DNA of 62,978 nt, counting the filler, from Octopus bimaculoides (lineage: Eukaryota), in NCBI RefSeq assembly GCF_001194135.2. It is 4 parts of 4 records of this genome, joined end to end, with 100 filler letters (N's around TTAATTAATTAA, not from the genome) between each part and the next. Parts side by side here need not be neighbours in the genome. Positions count along the whole stretch, not along the records: positions 33,255 to 54,213 come from NC_068989.1; positions 54,314 to 62,978 come from NC_068998.1; 2 more parts are not named here. One strand, 5' to 3'. Every line of letters begins with the position of its first letter. Position 1 is the stretch's first letter. The position numbers and the translations under genes are program-made. The notes below the pieces were generated by a model, which was given only the letters and a program-made list of their open reading frames with translations, did not search any database and was not told the DNA's origin. Shown here one piece after another: positions 50,140 through 62,978 of the stretch.

Positions 50140-52260
50140 CAATCGGATTTTAAAAACACATTTTGGGCGATGGTAGATGATCTTTTTTGTCTCATATGTC
50201 AAAAAACTTGTAAGATAATATCTGAACGTCAAAGACATATGGTAGTTCACAAAAATATACCTTCTGAATCAGATTCCAAAGGGCAAAAATATAGAAGAGA
50301 CATAAATAATATCTGTTACTTGTGTTTTAAACCCATAAAAAGACGTTTTGGCAATCGCTCGTCTTTCATTCTAATAACATGTCCAGTTAATCTCATTTGA
50401 GCCAAGATAACATGTTGTTCAACTGAGCTCGAACGCGCCATGCGCAAAACTTCTATATTTGGTATGAAACATTCCCACTTGACTCCTAAAATACGTCTGA
50501 GGCACTTTTGATGAAATCTCTCCAGTATTTTTATATGATGCATGTAAGTGGTCCACGTCTCACCTGAATAAAGAAGTGGAGTCAATATACACGCTTTATA
50601 GACACTGTTTTTTTGTCTGCAGGGAAATACATCTATCCGCCTATACTCGCTTTTCGAGTTTTCCAGAAGCAACACTTCCCTTCTCTATTCGACAGTATAT
50701 CTCTGCATCAAGACCACCATCTCTTAACAGTGTGCTTCGAAGGCAGACAAAGGTGTCAACGACTTCTAACATTGTTCCATTCACAAAAATGTTCGGTTCA
50801 GAGTATGTTTGTCCTGGCACGAGAGTAAACATTACTTTGCTTTTCCCCAGACTAATTGTGAGTCCGAAATACATACACGCAGTGGAAAATATGCCCATTA
50901 AATGTTGCATATCCCTCTCTGAGTGTGCCAACAAATCAGGATCATCAGCATAAAGTAATTCTCTAACATGTATTTTGAAAAGTCTTTGCTTTGCAGTTAA
51001 ACCGGGCCAAATAAAAAGTGCAACCAGATTTCCGAAATCTGATTCCGATTCCCCTGTTGCAATCCTTGAAGGCATTACTTTATGCAGCAAAATGAATTGA
51101 GAATAGTATAGGGGCAGGAATATCTCCCTTTGTCCGCCGAAAATTCATGAGGTACTATTAAAGAGTACCTGGGTTTTCATATTTCTGTGTAATTCCTTAA
51201 ATATTCTCACAAAATATATTGGGCAGCCAAGTTTACACAAAACAATCCGCAGTGCTACCCTGTTTACCGTGTTAAATGCCTTAGTTAAATCTACGAAGAC
51301 CTAGTGTAGTGGCATTTGCTTCTCTAAACATTTCTCCTGAATCTGCATCACAGAAAATATCATGTCAATTGCTCCTCGCTCAGGAATCACATGTGGATAC
51401 ACAATCTGAGCGAGACGATCTAACATGATCCTTGAAAGTATGTTAGCGGTATGTGCCAGGAGAGTTATCTCCCTAGAATTACCACACAGTTTTCGGGCCC
51501 TTACCCTTGTATACAGAGATTAGAATGGCATTCATCCATTCCTATGGCACAAAAGATTCATTCCAAGCTCGAGTTATCAGGTTATGAATTTCAGATGAAA
51601 TATGACCTCCTTCTGCTTTCAGAATTTGAACTGGAATACCATCCAATCCTGGAGCTTTACTTGATCTCAATTTACATAATGCCAGATTTACTTCTTCAAT
51701 GGAAGATGTATATTTCATGTGTTGCACTATCCCTCTTTGCGGAATTTTACTTATGATATCCATGTTCACTACAGATGGATTTTGGAAAAGTTCTGCAAAG
51801 TGTTCTCTATTCATTATTCCAGGAAGATCATTAATAACCTAATTTCCATCTTTTGACTTCAAAGGAACATATGATGAAAACTGCAGTCCAAAAGCTTGCC
51901 GCAATAAACTATAAAAACTTTTAATATTTTTACTTTTATAAGCCTCCTCTACTTCCTCAGACAAATTTCTCCACAAAGTTTCTTTAACTCTCCTGAGTTC
52001 TTTTTGCAAGTCTGCTTTCTGAGGTTTCTACAACTTTTCTAGTTGCACTTTGTTCTTTTCACGAGAGAACCTCTTTGTTGCTAAAAGCTCATTTATCCCT
52101 GTATCATTGGAATCAAATTCTCGGTGCTGTCTACTCTTAAAACCTAACACGTCTGATTCTATTTTATATATTCCATCTCAAAAAGATTGCCATGAACCTT
52201 CAAAATGGACATTGCTGCATCACTCCTGAAATAACTGCAAAACGGATTCATTTCAAAACA
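50140..52260 (-). mobile_element. RTE-clade LINE relic (5'-truncated, frameshifted) with inverted C-terminal zinc-finger segment
   Basis: Minus-strand fragments: VLGFKSRQH..FDSND, KAPGLDGIP, FVDLTKAFNTV, VRELLYADD, LLYSGETWTTY..LERFHQKCLRRILGVKW, GHVIRMKDERLPKRLF. The plus strand at 50188-50250 gives CLICQKTCKIISERQRHMVVH. Confidence 0.88.
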
Positions 52261-53317
52261 AGAACCCAGTCTGCTCCCATCAACACTCATGGCTTTGACA
52301 GAATAGCCAATTAAGGGACTGTCATTACCGTGACCTGTTTTTTTTTTTGTCAGAGTTTCCTTCTCCTAGAAGAGCTGCCTTAACCACGGTTAATGAGCCT
52401 CATCCACGCCCCCACCCCACACAGAAAAAATATATATATGCACACATTAAAAAAATATATACACACATACACATGCACACACACACACACACACACACGC
52501 ACACATATACAAATACATATATATGCATGTATAAGTACGCATGCATATATTGGAAGGGATCAGCAGATGACTTTTCCCGATTTCAGACATCTTTTCTATG
52601 GATGAGAACAGTATGTGAAGCTGTTATTTAAAAAAATAATTATTAATTGATTAATCAATTAATAGTTAAGCTGTTAATGTGAAATAAAATATAGGAACAA
52701 TGTGTTATTGACTCATTAGTCTTGTCAGTATACAATTCGTGCTTCACCCTTTCATTCTGGTCTTTTGCGAAAGCTAATTATAGATCATTGTCTAACGTAG
52801 TGCAACAAAAATGTTAATGGCACTTTTAAAGGTAAATTAAAGCATGTTATTGTTTATAATATGGACTTGAGATTAGAAAACTGTGGGATTTTTCTGTTGT
52901 AAGAGACAAAAAATTGAATCAATAAAAGAAACGTGTTACTAATTGAATATTTGAATAGAAACGCCCAAATTGTTATTTATCTAAGACCTTTTATAATGTC
53001 TTACCTTTGAATTTATTTCCCAAGAAATGCTAATAACAAAGAAGGAAACAAACTGGATTCTATTTTAAAAGTAACATATTCAACATATTCAGAAATTGTA
53101 ATCATGTGGTCATCAAATTAATTTCTCAGAAACAAAAATAAAAGTGATTTCCGATTGTAAAATAAGATGCCAAATATGGGATTGGGTAAAAGTCCATAAT
53201 CTGAGGAAAATCATGAAGTCAACGTGAGAGATAACTTAAAACACAACTTCCTAGAGGAGATTGGTAAGTTCTACTGCCCTTCGTCTAAGAGTGTAAAGAA
53301 AGAAAAGTCGTGTTTTT

Positions 53318-53366
<49 letters not shown>

Positions 53367-54064
53367 TTCATATATATGTATGCATCTATATATATGTATA
53401 TATATTACAAATAAAAGGACAAAGAATTACCAATTTATTAATTTATTAATAAATTAACAATTAATAATTTTTACCAAGCCCTTCGGTATGTAAACACCAT
53501 TATCTGTGAAGAACTATCTGTTGGAGTTTCAGCACTTTAGCTGCTATTTCTGAACTTCGGTATGTGGTGAAGCAACTGTTGCTGATCCCTTAACTATGTT
53601 TATATATGTATATATATTTATATATATGGGGAGACAGATTTCCTCAAAAAATTTCTTCTTTTTTTCCCTATTTTCGTCACTTTTTCCTCTGCTTCCTCCC
53701 TCTTCTCCATCTTCATTTGACATAATTATTTTAAGGGAAAGCATAAACGAAATATTATCCTTTCACCTTCTCTGAAAAGCGTATGAAATTATTCAGGTGT
53801 CTATTCCAAGTTATGGAATAGTAAATGTTTGCACTTCGATCGGTAATCTAACCATCTCTAACCATCTCAAGTCATCAAATACCTCTCTCTCCTGTGTACA
53901 TACATACACACACACATACATACATACATACATACATACATACATGCATACATGCATACATACATACACATATACATACATACATACATACATGCATGCA
54001 TACATACATACATGCATACATGCATACATACATACATATATACATAAATACATACATACATACA

Positions 54065-54098
<34 letters not shown>

Positions 54099-54131
54099 CA
54101 TAAATACATACATACATACATACATAAATAC

Positions 54132-54213
54132 ACTCCACCCAGACTACAAGTTCAGATTCATACCCGTGATTGTTGGGGCATTGGGATATGTAACAAACTG
54201 CCTCAACAAAAAC
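54132..54213 (+). mobile_element. Fragment of an RLE-type (R4/NeSL-like) non-LTR retrotransposon C-terminus
   Basis: LHPDYKFRFIPVIVGALGYVTNCLNKN resembles the terminal IPxVxGALG motif. Very short and cut by a gap. Confidence 0.5.
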
Positions 54214-54512
54214 NNNNNNNNNNNNNNNNNNNNNNNNNNNNNNNNNNNNNNNNNNNNTTAATTAATTAANNNNNNNNNNNNNNNNNNNNNNNNNNNNNNN
54301 NNNNNNNNNNNNNATGAGGATGTCATCTACGTACCTGATGAAGAGATGCTTCCGGAAAAAAAAAACGTTAGAAAACCGTTTATAGCAGTGACTCGATCAG
54401 TTCCTAGGGATATCTGAAGAAGGAATTTTTATATTCCGAAGTATTATATCAGACTATGGATGATTAAATTATAACAGTTATTATAGTCCATTTTTGTTAC
54501 TATAGTGCATTA

Positions 54513-56050
54513 TTGTGCCATTCAAAATACATTATTTTTTACAAACAATATGTAATGCTTCAAGCGAACTACAATACTCTCCTATCTCTACGCCTAGGCC
54601 AGGCCGATTTCGCAACCGCTAGGGAGTTAATCAAGCTATCAGAGAAACGTGCTAAAATCGGATGCCAAATAAACTTTCTTAAACGCTGCCTAAAAAACAA
54701 CATAATTCCCAACACCATCAGGAACATACATCTACCCACGTGCTTCCGCAGTCGTACCCTTCGACGACCAATGAAATACATACATACGTTCGTCATCAGA
54801 AAAATCATACACTATCTACACCACCAACTACATGAGCACATACCCAAATTCTCTGGAATAATATGCAGCATCACGTCAACCATTGAACATACATACCGAA
54901 GAACAACCGCAGCTACTGACCGATGCTACCACCACTGCGTTGACCAAGAGAGGAAACGCCTCAAACTTAAATTCCTGTGGCTTTGTACCAAATACCGCCA
55001 TATCTTAGCCTATTACACCGACACAGATGAACAGGACACGTCCACCAAACGAGATAACACTAACATCGAGGACGCCAGCACACCTTCAACAACGAAATCC
55101 CTAGTCACTCTCCTATGAAGAATTAGAACTTCTCAGTCTGGGCCCTAAATTTATCTTGAGCCAACAGCCGAACGAGAAAATCTTATTCGACCTGGAAGCC
55201 AACTTTTGTCGAACAGCCTACCAGCTCAAATGTCTATTGGTGATAAAGAAGAAGAACAACAACACACTCTGCAAATTTCCCACGTACCAACTAGACTACC
55301 CACTCCACCCACTCCCAACCGACCGAGAACTCAACCACAAACTATCCGAACTGAAACAGTCCATCTCCGACAACTTAAGGAAGGAATCGAAAATAATAAC
55401 AAACTTAACCGAGGCGCAACATATAACATTGACAAAACTAAAAAACAAAAACCTTATCTACTTACCATCAGATATTGGGAAAGAAATCTGCGTGATTTCT
55501 CGTGAAATATATGATAAACTTGCACTAGAACATTTAAGGAATGACAGACTATATTCTGAAGTGACAGATACAACCGCGACCAGGATTGAGGACCGAATTA
55601 ACACCGCACGGACGGACGTTTGTAGACGGAGACAAATACATAACAAATACAAGAACAACTTCATCACAAAGAACAGTAGACTATCCAGATTATATCACCT
55701 CATTAAAGCACACAAGGATAGCAATACGATCCAGATTAGACCCATCGTCTCCGGCGTGGGAGGACCTCTGTATAAAATATCCTGGCTACTTTCTCACACC
55801 CTGAAACCAATACTCTTCACCTTTCCTAGATACGCCAAGAAATCCGACGAAGTCATCAAAAGACTGCGTCAACAGCCTCCAGACCAACTTAGACAAAACA
55901 GATATGCCTTCAGTCTTGACGCTGTTTCCATGTACACAACGGTGCCAGCATACACGATGGTCAACTTATTGACTGACTGCATAGTAGCGTCCGATATCCA
56001 CTGCTTCGAACTTAGCGCAGCTGATATACATCAGCTTTTGTCCATCAAAT
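54513..56050 (+). mobile_element. Penelope-like retroelement (N-terminal region + RT), disrupted
   Basis: INFLKRCLKNNIIP, LLSLGPKF, NLTEAQ..LTKLK...IYLPSDIG, LYHLIKAHK...IRPIVSG...P.YKIS.LL...LKP, FSLDAVSMYTTVP. Stop and frameshift near 55116-55145. The GIY-YIG domain is not present before the gap. Confidence 0.88.
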
Positions 56051-57392
56051 ATATATAGACAGGTTTATACATATACATANNNNNNNNNNNNNNNNNNNNN
56101 NNNNNNNNNNNNNNNNNNNNNNNNNNNNNNNNNNNNNNNNNNNNNNNNNNNNNNNNNNNNNNNNNNNNNNNNNNNNNNNTAAAAATTATGCAATTAGGGA
56201 TATCCACAAACCAGGTTTCGGCTTTTGGTCATTCAACCTTGGTTATTCAACATATATATATATGTATGTATATATATATATGAGTGTGGGTGAGTGTAAA
56301 TACAACTCTAAAAGCATGCGTGCATGCTTTTGGAGTTGTATTAATGTAATCGAGTGTACAAGGATATGGGAGCATTCATGTGTATATTTGATTATATACA
56401 TATGCACGTGTGTTCCGTATGACTGTTGGTATTTATTATTACCAGCATTGTTGCTATTTATTATTACTTCATTTATCATTATTGTTATTGTTGACGCTAT
56501 GCTTCTTAGTATTGTTATGATGCGTGCTCTCCATTACAGGTGCTTGTTTTTTCATCATCATCACCATCATCACCATCATCATCATCGCATACTCATAGAT
56601 GCTTGTATATGCATGCATACGTATGAAAATATATACGTGTGTGATTATGCATGTATGTGCGTATATATATATATTTGTGTGTGTGTGTGTGTGTGTGTGA
56701 CTAATCATTGCGCACGTCACCAAATTTATGACTTGCTCTTTTTTGTATAAGAACAGCAGTTCACAAAGATTGGGTGTGTATATCTGATAACTTTTAGCAA
56801 CACAAAGCAATGTGCCTTACCATCCGGTCACCTCATTTCCCAGCGTGGTGTGTTCCTCACATACAATGCCTAGGCGTATATCTCTACGAAAACAGTTGCG
56901 ACAAGGTTAAATATAAATGTACACAGATTGTAATTGCTTAGCCTTCATTTCTTCAATTAAATTCAGCGACGGTGGTGCTGGTGATTGTCGTTGTTGCTGT
57001 TGAAAAGTATGTGAAGAATTGTTGCTGTAAAAGATTTATGGTAGCAAACGCATCACTACACACGTATATATATGAACAGAGACGGACATTGAAAAGTCAT
57101 TTTATTTCTACTAGTCAGAGAAGATTATTATTCGCGAAAAAGGAAAGAAAATTTTTTAAATTTCCCAAAATATACATTCATAAAGGATTTTTCAAGTGGG
57201 GACTTTCACTGAATAATTTTTCTTACTCTTTGAAGAAAGTTTATACTGAAATCATTTTGTGTTTAACTAAAGAAGCATAACTTTGAAGAAATTGAAAAAC
57301 AAATTGCTTAAACTGAAATCTCTTACGAGTTTAATTTTAAAATACATAAATTTTAAGAAATTGTTACTATTACTACGATATTCTCCCTTAGA

Positions 57393-59347
57393 ATGATTTA
57401 TTGCGAATATCAGTGCCCAAAAACAATGACTCACTACCGAAAAAGAGAACTGAAGCAATCATCACTGAATTTCCAATCTGATTCAACTAATAATGCTAAA
57501 CAGAAGAGAATTGCAAACGAAGTTTCGCAGCTCAAGGGAGGTCTTACAAAGTCTTTGACACCTTCATTGGATGATCTAGGACAGGTCGACTGCCAACCAG
57601 TGCAGCCAGTTCTAGCGAAGTTTGATCCAAAAATTTATGGAAATCAGAGACGTGACTTCTCGTCAAGCTGGTATACTGGTCGTTTATGGTTAGAGTATTC
57701 TCTTTCAAAGAAAGCCTTGTTTTGTTTTGCTTGTCGGCACTTTAATACTTCTGCTTAAGCTGATACTTGTTTTATTAAAAATGGATATTCTAATTGGCAT
57801 CATGCAAAAGAAAAAAAAACAAAGGTTTAAATAAGCACGCAAACTCTACATCCCATATCCAAGCTATGGTAACATGGAAGGAACTCCAACAGCGTTAATC
57901 AACTACAGCATCCGTGTCTTCAATCTTGTAAAACTATCAGTTGAGCAAAAACCGTTATTATATCAGTTCCATTGTTGATATTGTTCATTTTCTTTGTGCA
58001 AACGAATTGCCTTTTCGAGGAAACGAAAATGAAGCNNNNNNNNNNNNNNNNNNNNNNNNNNNNNNNNNNNNNNNNNNNNNNGAACGCGTGATTTGAGTAA
58101 TACTGAAAATCTTGCAATTGTTATTAGGTACTTGCAAAACGGCAGGGTTCTGGAAAAGTTAGTTGCGATGCCAACTACTCAACATTATGATGCTGAAACA
58201 TTGGCCGACGTTATAATTAAGGAATTAACCAACCTTTGCATTGACCCAAAGCGTATGTTGTCACAATGCTATGATGGTGCTTCTGTGATGTCTGGCAAAA
58301 TAGGTGTCTTAATCATCAGTTGCATCTTGTCGTGGTTAACACAATAAAGCGGATTCCGGAGTTAGCTACGTTCTTCGACACCGTTGATATTCTTCATAAT
58401 TTTATTAAACGGCCAAGGATAGCTAGTCTCTGCAAAGGATTGAAGTTGCCACGTCTTATGGAGCATTGGTGGTCGGGTCATTTCACTGCCATTGCTTCTG
58501 TAATAAAAAATCACTCCAAAATTGTTGGTTTGCTAATCGAATGCACAGATTCGTCAGATTCAAAAACGTGTATAGAGGCAACTGGAATTTTACATCAAGT
58601 TCGTTCCACAAGGTTTGTTTTTCTAGTCCTTGTTCTTAGCAAATTTCTGCATATAATTAGACCAGTAGACAAACAGCTTCAGAGTCTCAAATGTGATATA
58701 TACCATGGCCTTGGGCTTCTTAAGATTGTGAAGAGTGAAATAACTAAACTAAGAAACTCTTTAATATTTGATGAGATTCTAAAACAATGAGTCAATTTAA
58801 TATTACTGAGGAATGCATGCATCGAAAAGCTTGCGGGTTCAAACATTTTCCAGATTATGTTGTTGAAGCCCTGGTACCATCACAAGATGACTGGATAACC
58901 TTTCACCGCAAAATTTATTTCGCGATCATCGACGAAAGCTTGGGAGAGCTAGATAATAGATTTTAAGAGCGAAACGATAGTATATATTCTTCCTTGGCAA
59001 GTCTGCTACCAACTAAATTGCTCAATGGTTTTAAAGTATCAAAATCCAAAAAAAAAATGATGACACTGTTTGATATTTTTGGATCTTTACGTATTGTACA
59101 GGATGCCTTTCCAAGTGTTTATCTTTTGTATGGTGCAGCATTAACATTTGGATCTAGCACAGCTGCATGTGAATCATTGTTTTCGACGCTAACTCAAATT
59201 ATGACACCCTTTCGACGAAATATGAAGCACCAGCGAAAATCAAACCTCGTGATACTTGCTTCCCCTAGTAAACACAAATCAAGTATAGACAAGGACGATT
59301 TTCTGAAAGTTTTTGCCTTGCGTTGCCGTAGATTGCAGTTGTATTAA
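57393..59347 (+). mobile_element. hAT transposase relic (TTF-type zinc finger / ZMYM1-like group)
   Basis: QPVQPVL..F...YGNQRRDFSSSWY...WLEYS....LFCFACRHF (TTF zinc finger), LAIVIRY, SQCYDGASVMSG, RLMEHWWS, and the C-terminal SSTAACESLFSTL...R..M...R.SNL dimerisation motif. Several stops and frameshifts; TIRs not found. Confidence 0.85.
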
Positions 59348-60849
59348 ATGAATGTAACCTGATTTTATTTCGTGTTCTGAATTTATTTTGAGAGACTCGT
59401 GTCGTACAGGTCTTGTACGACATAATAAAATAATACATTAAGTCCGTTTAAGAAATAGTACTAAATGCTTGTCCGCTCACTGGTACTACTCGAACTCCCG
59501 AGTCAACACATTGTTCATGAGCTGTAGGGTCACGGCCGACCTACCGTCAACCCATTGGCATTACTCCACCATATTTATCCTGGTGGACTAATCCATCCGT
59601 TCTACCTTGGATGTATTCTATTTCAACACAACAGACATAATCAAATTTTATAAACAGTACGGTTTTAGAGTTTTGTTCAGCGGGTGTAATACAAAAGACC
59701 CTTAGGAGAAAAGCCCCCTAAGGCAAAAGCCCCTCAAACAAACCCCCCATAATTAAAGTATGAAAGTGTTTTGGTTTTTTTACAGTCGCGGTTTCCGTTT
59801 TTGTTTATTTGAAATTATATAAAAATAATACTTAAAGATTTGGCTGTTATCTCTAGCATGTGGAAAAACCTTTTAGGCTTAACTATGTGCTTGTTGAAAA
59901 TCATTTTTTAACATATTGGAGTCGATACATTCGACTAAAAATTCTTCGAGGTGATGCCCCAGCATGGCCTCAGTTTAATGATTCCAACAAGAAAAATGAA
60001 AATAAAAACGAAATATATCAGAAGTTTTGACCAGGCTAGTTGTCAAGAAATGTGAAAAAAAAAAAAATAAAAAGGTTTTTCATTCTCTCCTTTCTGTTGA
60101 AGAGCATAGGCTCGAAACGTACAAGACTTTTTCACTTTTCCCGAGCGTCAAACTAATACACTTGCTTGTTGTTCATACACCTGTCTTCGTCTTTCGTCTT
60201 TCTATAAATTTCAGCGATATATATATAAATGTATATCAAAATAAGCAAAAAGGATATCCAGAGGTAATGCAGTACGACCGTTTCATGCAACTCCATTTAA
60301 TTGAACAATGCAATCATTACATCAATTTAAAATGTAGAGCAATCTTCAGCTGCACAAAGACATAGAATTAAATTAAATTAGAATAGATGGACACATTAGT
60401 ATAATTATACCTAAAATCTCCAAGAAGTTAGGGAGATAGACAAAGAACATGTTGCCTCTACTACAGCATATAAGTTATTAAATTATCAAGAAGTCTCTAC
60501 CTGTCACTGATTTTATTTGTTTTTATGGGGTCACTTTTAATTTATAGACTAGTTTATCAAATCCTTGTATATCTAAGGCTGAGAGAATAAAGGGCAATAT
60601 CTGTTAGAGGTAGGGCTGAGAGAGTAGACAGAAATCATAGGTGGTATAGTCATGAAAATCAAGATTTATTAGAAGCAATATCATGAGGTTTGGTAAAGGA
60701 AAACTTAAAACAAGATGTTAGCTGACAACTAAGGGGGTCGCCCACTAGCAGACCATTAATAATGAAACAGGGGAAATCTTATCATGTAGTACTATAGTTA
60801 AATGTCTTAAACAATGTTGCTATATTGTGTACAGTTTATGGCTATTCTG

Positions 60850-62870
60850 AGTGTTATTAAGAAGATTATATTAACAAAAGGATAGAAATTTATGAATACT
60901 TTTGAGTATATACCAAACTGTTACCACAATAGAAGGAGGAAAAGAAATTATCCAGAAATAATTTAATATTTATACATATTGTACACTTAAATACTAACTC
61001 ATCAGATGGTATCTGTGAATATTGATTAATTGGTATATACTGGTAATAATAAAGGAATATTGAGGTAAAAGAGCATTCTAATTATATATTAATAAAATTA
61101 TAATCTAAGCAGTTTTTTTATAAGTAGTGAATATACTAGTATAGTTTTATATAAGCTAAGTATGAATTTATAGAGATACAAAGATTAGCTTAATTTTATG
61201 AATAAATAAAGGCTAATTATAAATTAATAAAGAAATGAAATAAAATAATCATGTAGGGTAGAACACCATAGAAAAGGAATAAAATAGCTTAATTACTAGT
61301 ACTATGGTAAAATATATGTAGCTTATTAACACCAATAGAGAAGATTTATAGAAAAAGTATAATAATTCAAAATATATTAGACTAAACATTATTTATTTAC
61401 TTATTTAGCTAATATCAATAAAAGACTGATGTCTGGTATCAGCTAAAGGAATATTTAAGTTATGGAACATTCATATTTTACACTAATCTTTATATATATA
61501 AACTAAGGGTTATATTATAGGTCATTATTGTTACTCCCTACATGATATTTATAGTTTCTTAGTGGTACTTGTTTAGAAGGGCTATTTATATAAAGGCCCT
61601 TATAAAATACTAAGATCAAGAGGGTAGAGCCATTTAAGAAAGGGATAAATCAAGTAATTTCTAAAGATCATTTCAAACAATATTGTCTTATTGTATAAAG
61701 TTAAAATTCAGGGTAATCAAGCAGATTATTAAGAATGAGATTTTAACAAAAATGATAAAACTTCTATGAATATTTTGAGTATATACCAAATTTTACCACA
61801 ATAGAGGGAGGAAAAGAAAATTGTAAAGAAAATAGTTTAATATTTATTTACTTATTACTTACCTAAATATTAACTTATTATATGGTTTCTATAAAGATTG
61901 ATCAATTGGATTTACCTGGTATTTAATAATGGAGCAACAGAGGTTAAAGAACATGTTAATTGTATACTGATTTAATTAAATTGAACTATTTTAAGTTGTC
62001 AAGATACCAGTGTTACCTTATATAAGCTAAGTACGAAATAATAGGGGTTTTAGGATTAGATTGATCTAAGGCTACTATAAAATAATAATAATAACAATAA
62101 CAATAATAATAAAATGATTAGTTAGGGTAGAGCACCATAGAAAAGGAATAAAGACAGCGTAATCACTAAAACCATAATAAAATATCAATAGCAAATATAG
62201 AAAATGTATAATAATTTAAGTAAAACAATATGTCATTATTGTATAAAGTTAAAATTTAGGGTTATCAGGAAGATTTATCATTGAGGTGAGAGACCAAATT
62301 TACTATGAATTAGTTAAATTACAATCTAAGCAATCTAATTTTAAGTTGTGAAGATTCCCATATTGTTTAAGTATGAATTTATAGGGGTACAAAAATTTAG
62401 GTTTGTCTAAAGGCAATTATAAAGTATTAAAACGGTCAGGTAGGGTAGAAACACCATAGAAAAAGATATAAAATAGCCTAATCACTAAAATCATGATGAA
62501 GTATATATACGACTTAATAACTTCAATAGAGAAGATTTATAGAAAGTATGTAATAATTCAAGTATTTAAAATAAATTTTTTTTATTTACTTAATTAGCTT
62601 GTATTTATAATGACTGATACCCAATATTAACCAAAAGAAAATTAATGCTACAGGGCATGTTACCTATGCACTGATTATAAACTAAGAGGTACATTATAGG
62701 TTTTAAATCACAAGATCAATAAAGTGCTACTTTCTAAAATATTTTTTATAATTGCCTCTAGACAAACCTAAATTTTTGTACCCCTATAAATTCATACTTA
62801 TATTAAACAATATGAGATCTTCATAACACTTAGCTTATACTAAACAATATGAGTATCTTCACAACACAAA
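60850..62870. repeat. Degenerate AT-rich tandem array (~870-bp period) with terminal inverted partial copies
   Basis: Anchors recur about 870 nt apart: TTTTGAGTATATACCAAA (~60900/61775), TATAAGCTAAGTA (~61150/62020), AGGGTAGA.CACCATAGAAAAGG (~61255/62125, again ~62442). 62750-62866 is the reverse complement of ~62345-62420. Confidence 0.75.
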
Positions 62871-62978
62871 ATAATCAAAACTAAAAGACAATCAAAGTCT
62901 CTCAAAAAATCCCTCACAAGTACTAAATTACCTTCCACAATTCCTACACCAACAGTCAAGAAATGTGGCCACCCCAAT

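Noticed and set aside
60360-62978. Mitochondrial insertion (NUMT)
   Set aside because: Minus-strand translations look hydrophobic only because of T-richness. Stops persist under the invertebrate mitochondrial code, no mitochondrial motif was recognised, and the region is internally repeated.

Overview
This is eukaryotic, AT-rich, gap-riddled animal DNA with dense microsatellites and tRNA-derived SINEs. The repeat content points to an octopus draft scaffold (inference). It is not prokaryotic, and no CRISPR, rRNA or true tRNA gene was seen. The window is four blocks joined by artificial 100-bp gaps (44N-TTAATTAATTAA-44N). One protein-coding gene could be rebuilt by hand on the minus strand, about 46.6 kb to 33.3 kb, using canonical GT-AG sites and consistent exon phases. 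Its order is TATA box, signal peptide exon, two exons of a Notch-ligand N-terminal (MNNL/C2) domain, at least one missing exon, a divergent DSL exon, two single-EGF exons, one 900-nt exon with eight EGF repeats, and a short basic terminal exon with stop and AATAAA. This is a Delta/Serrate-family architecture (about 559 aa found) with no DOS motif and no visible transmembrane segment. It may therefore be a secreted Notch-ligand-like protein, which is the main finding. The rest is decayed mobile DNA: Chapaev-like, hAT, mariner, Helitron, Tx1, RTE and Penelope-like relics, several MITEs, modular SINE families, and a CpG-depleted degenerate tandem array at the right end. All family assignments rest on motif recognition, not database searches.
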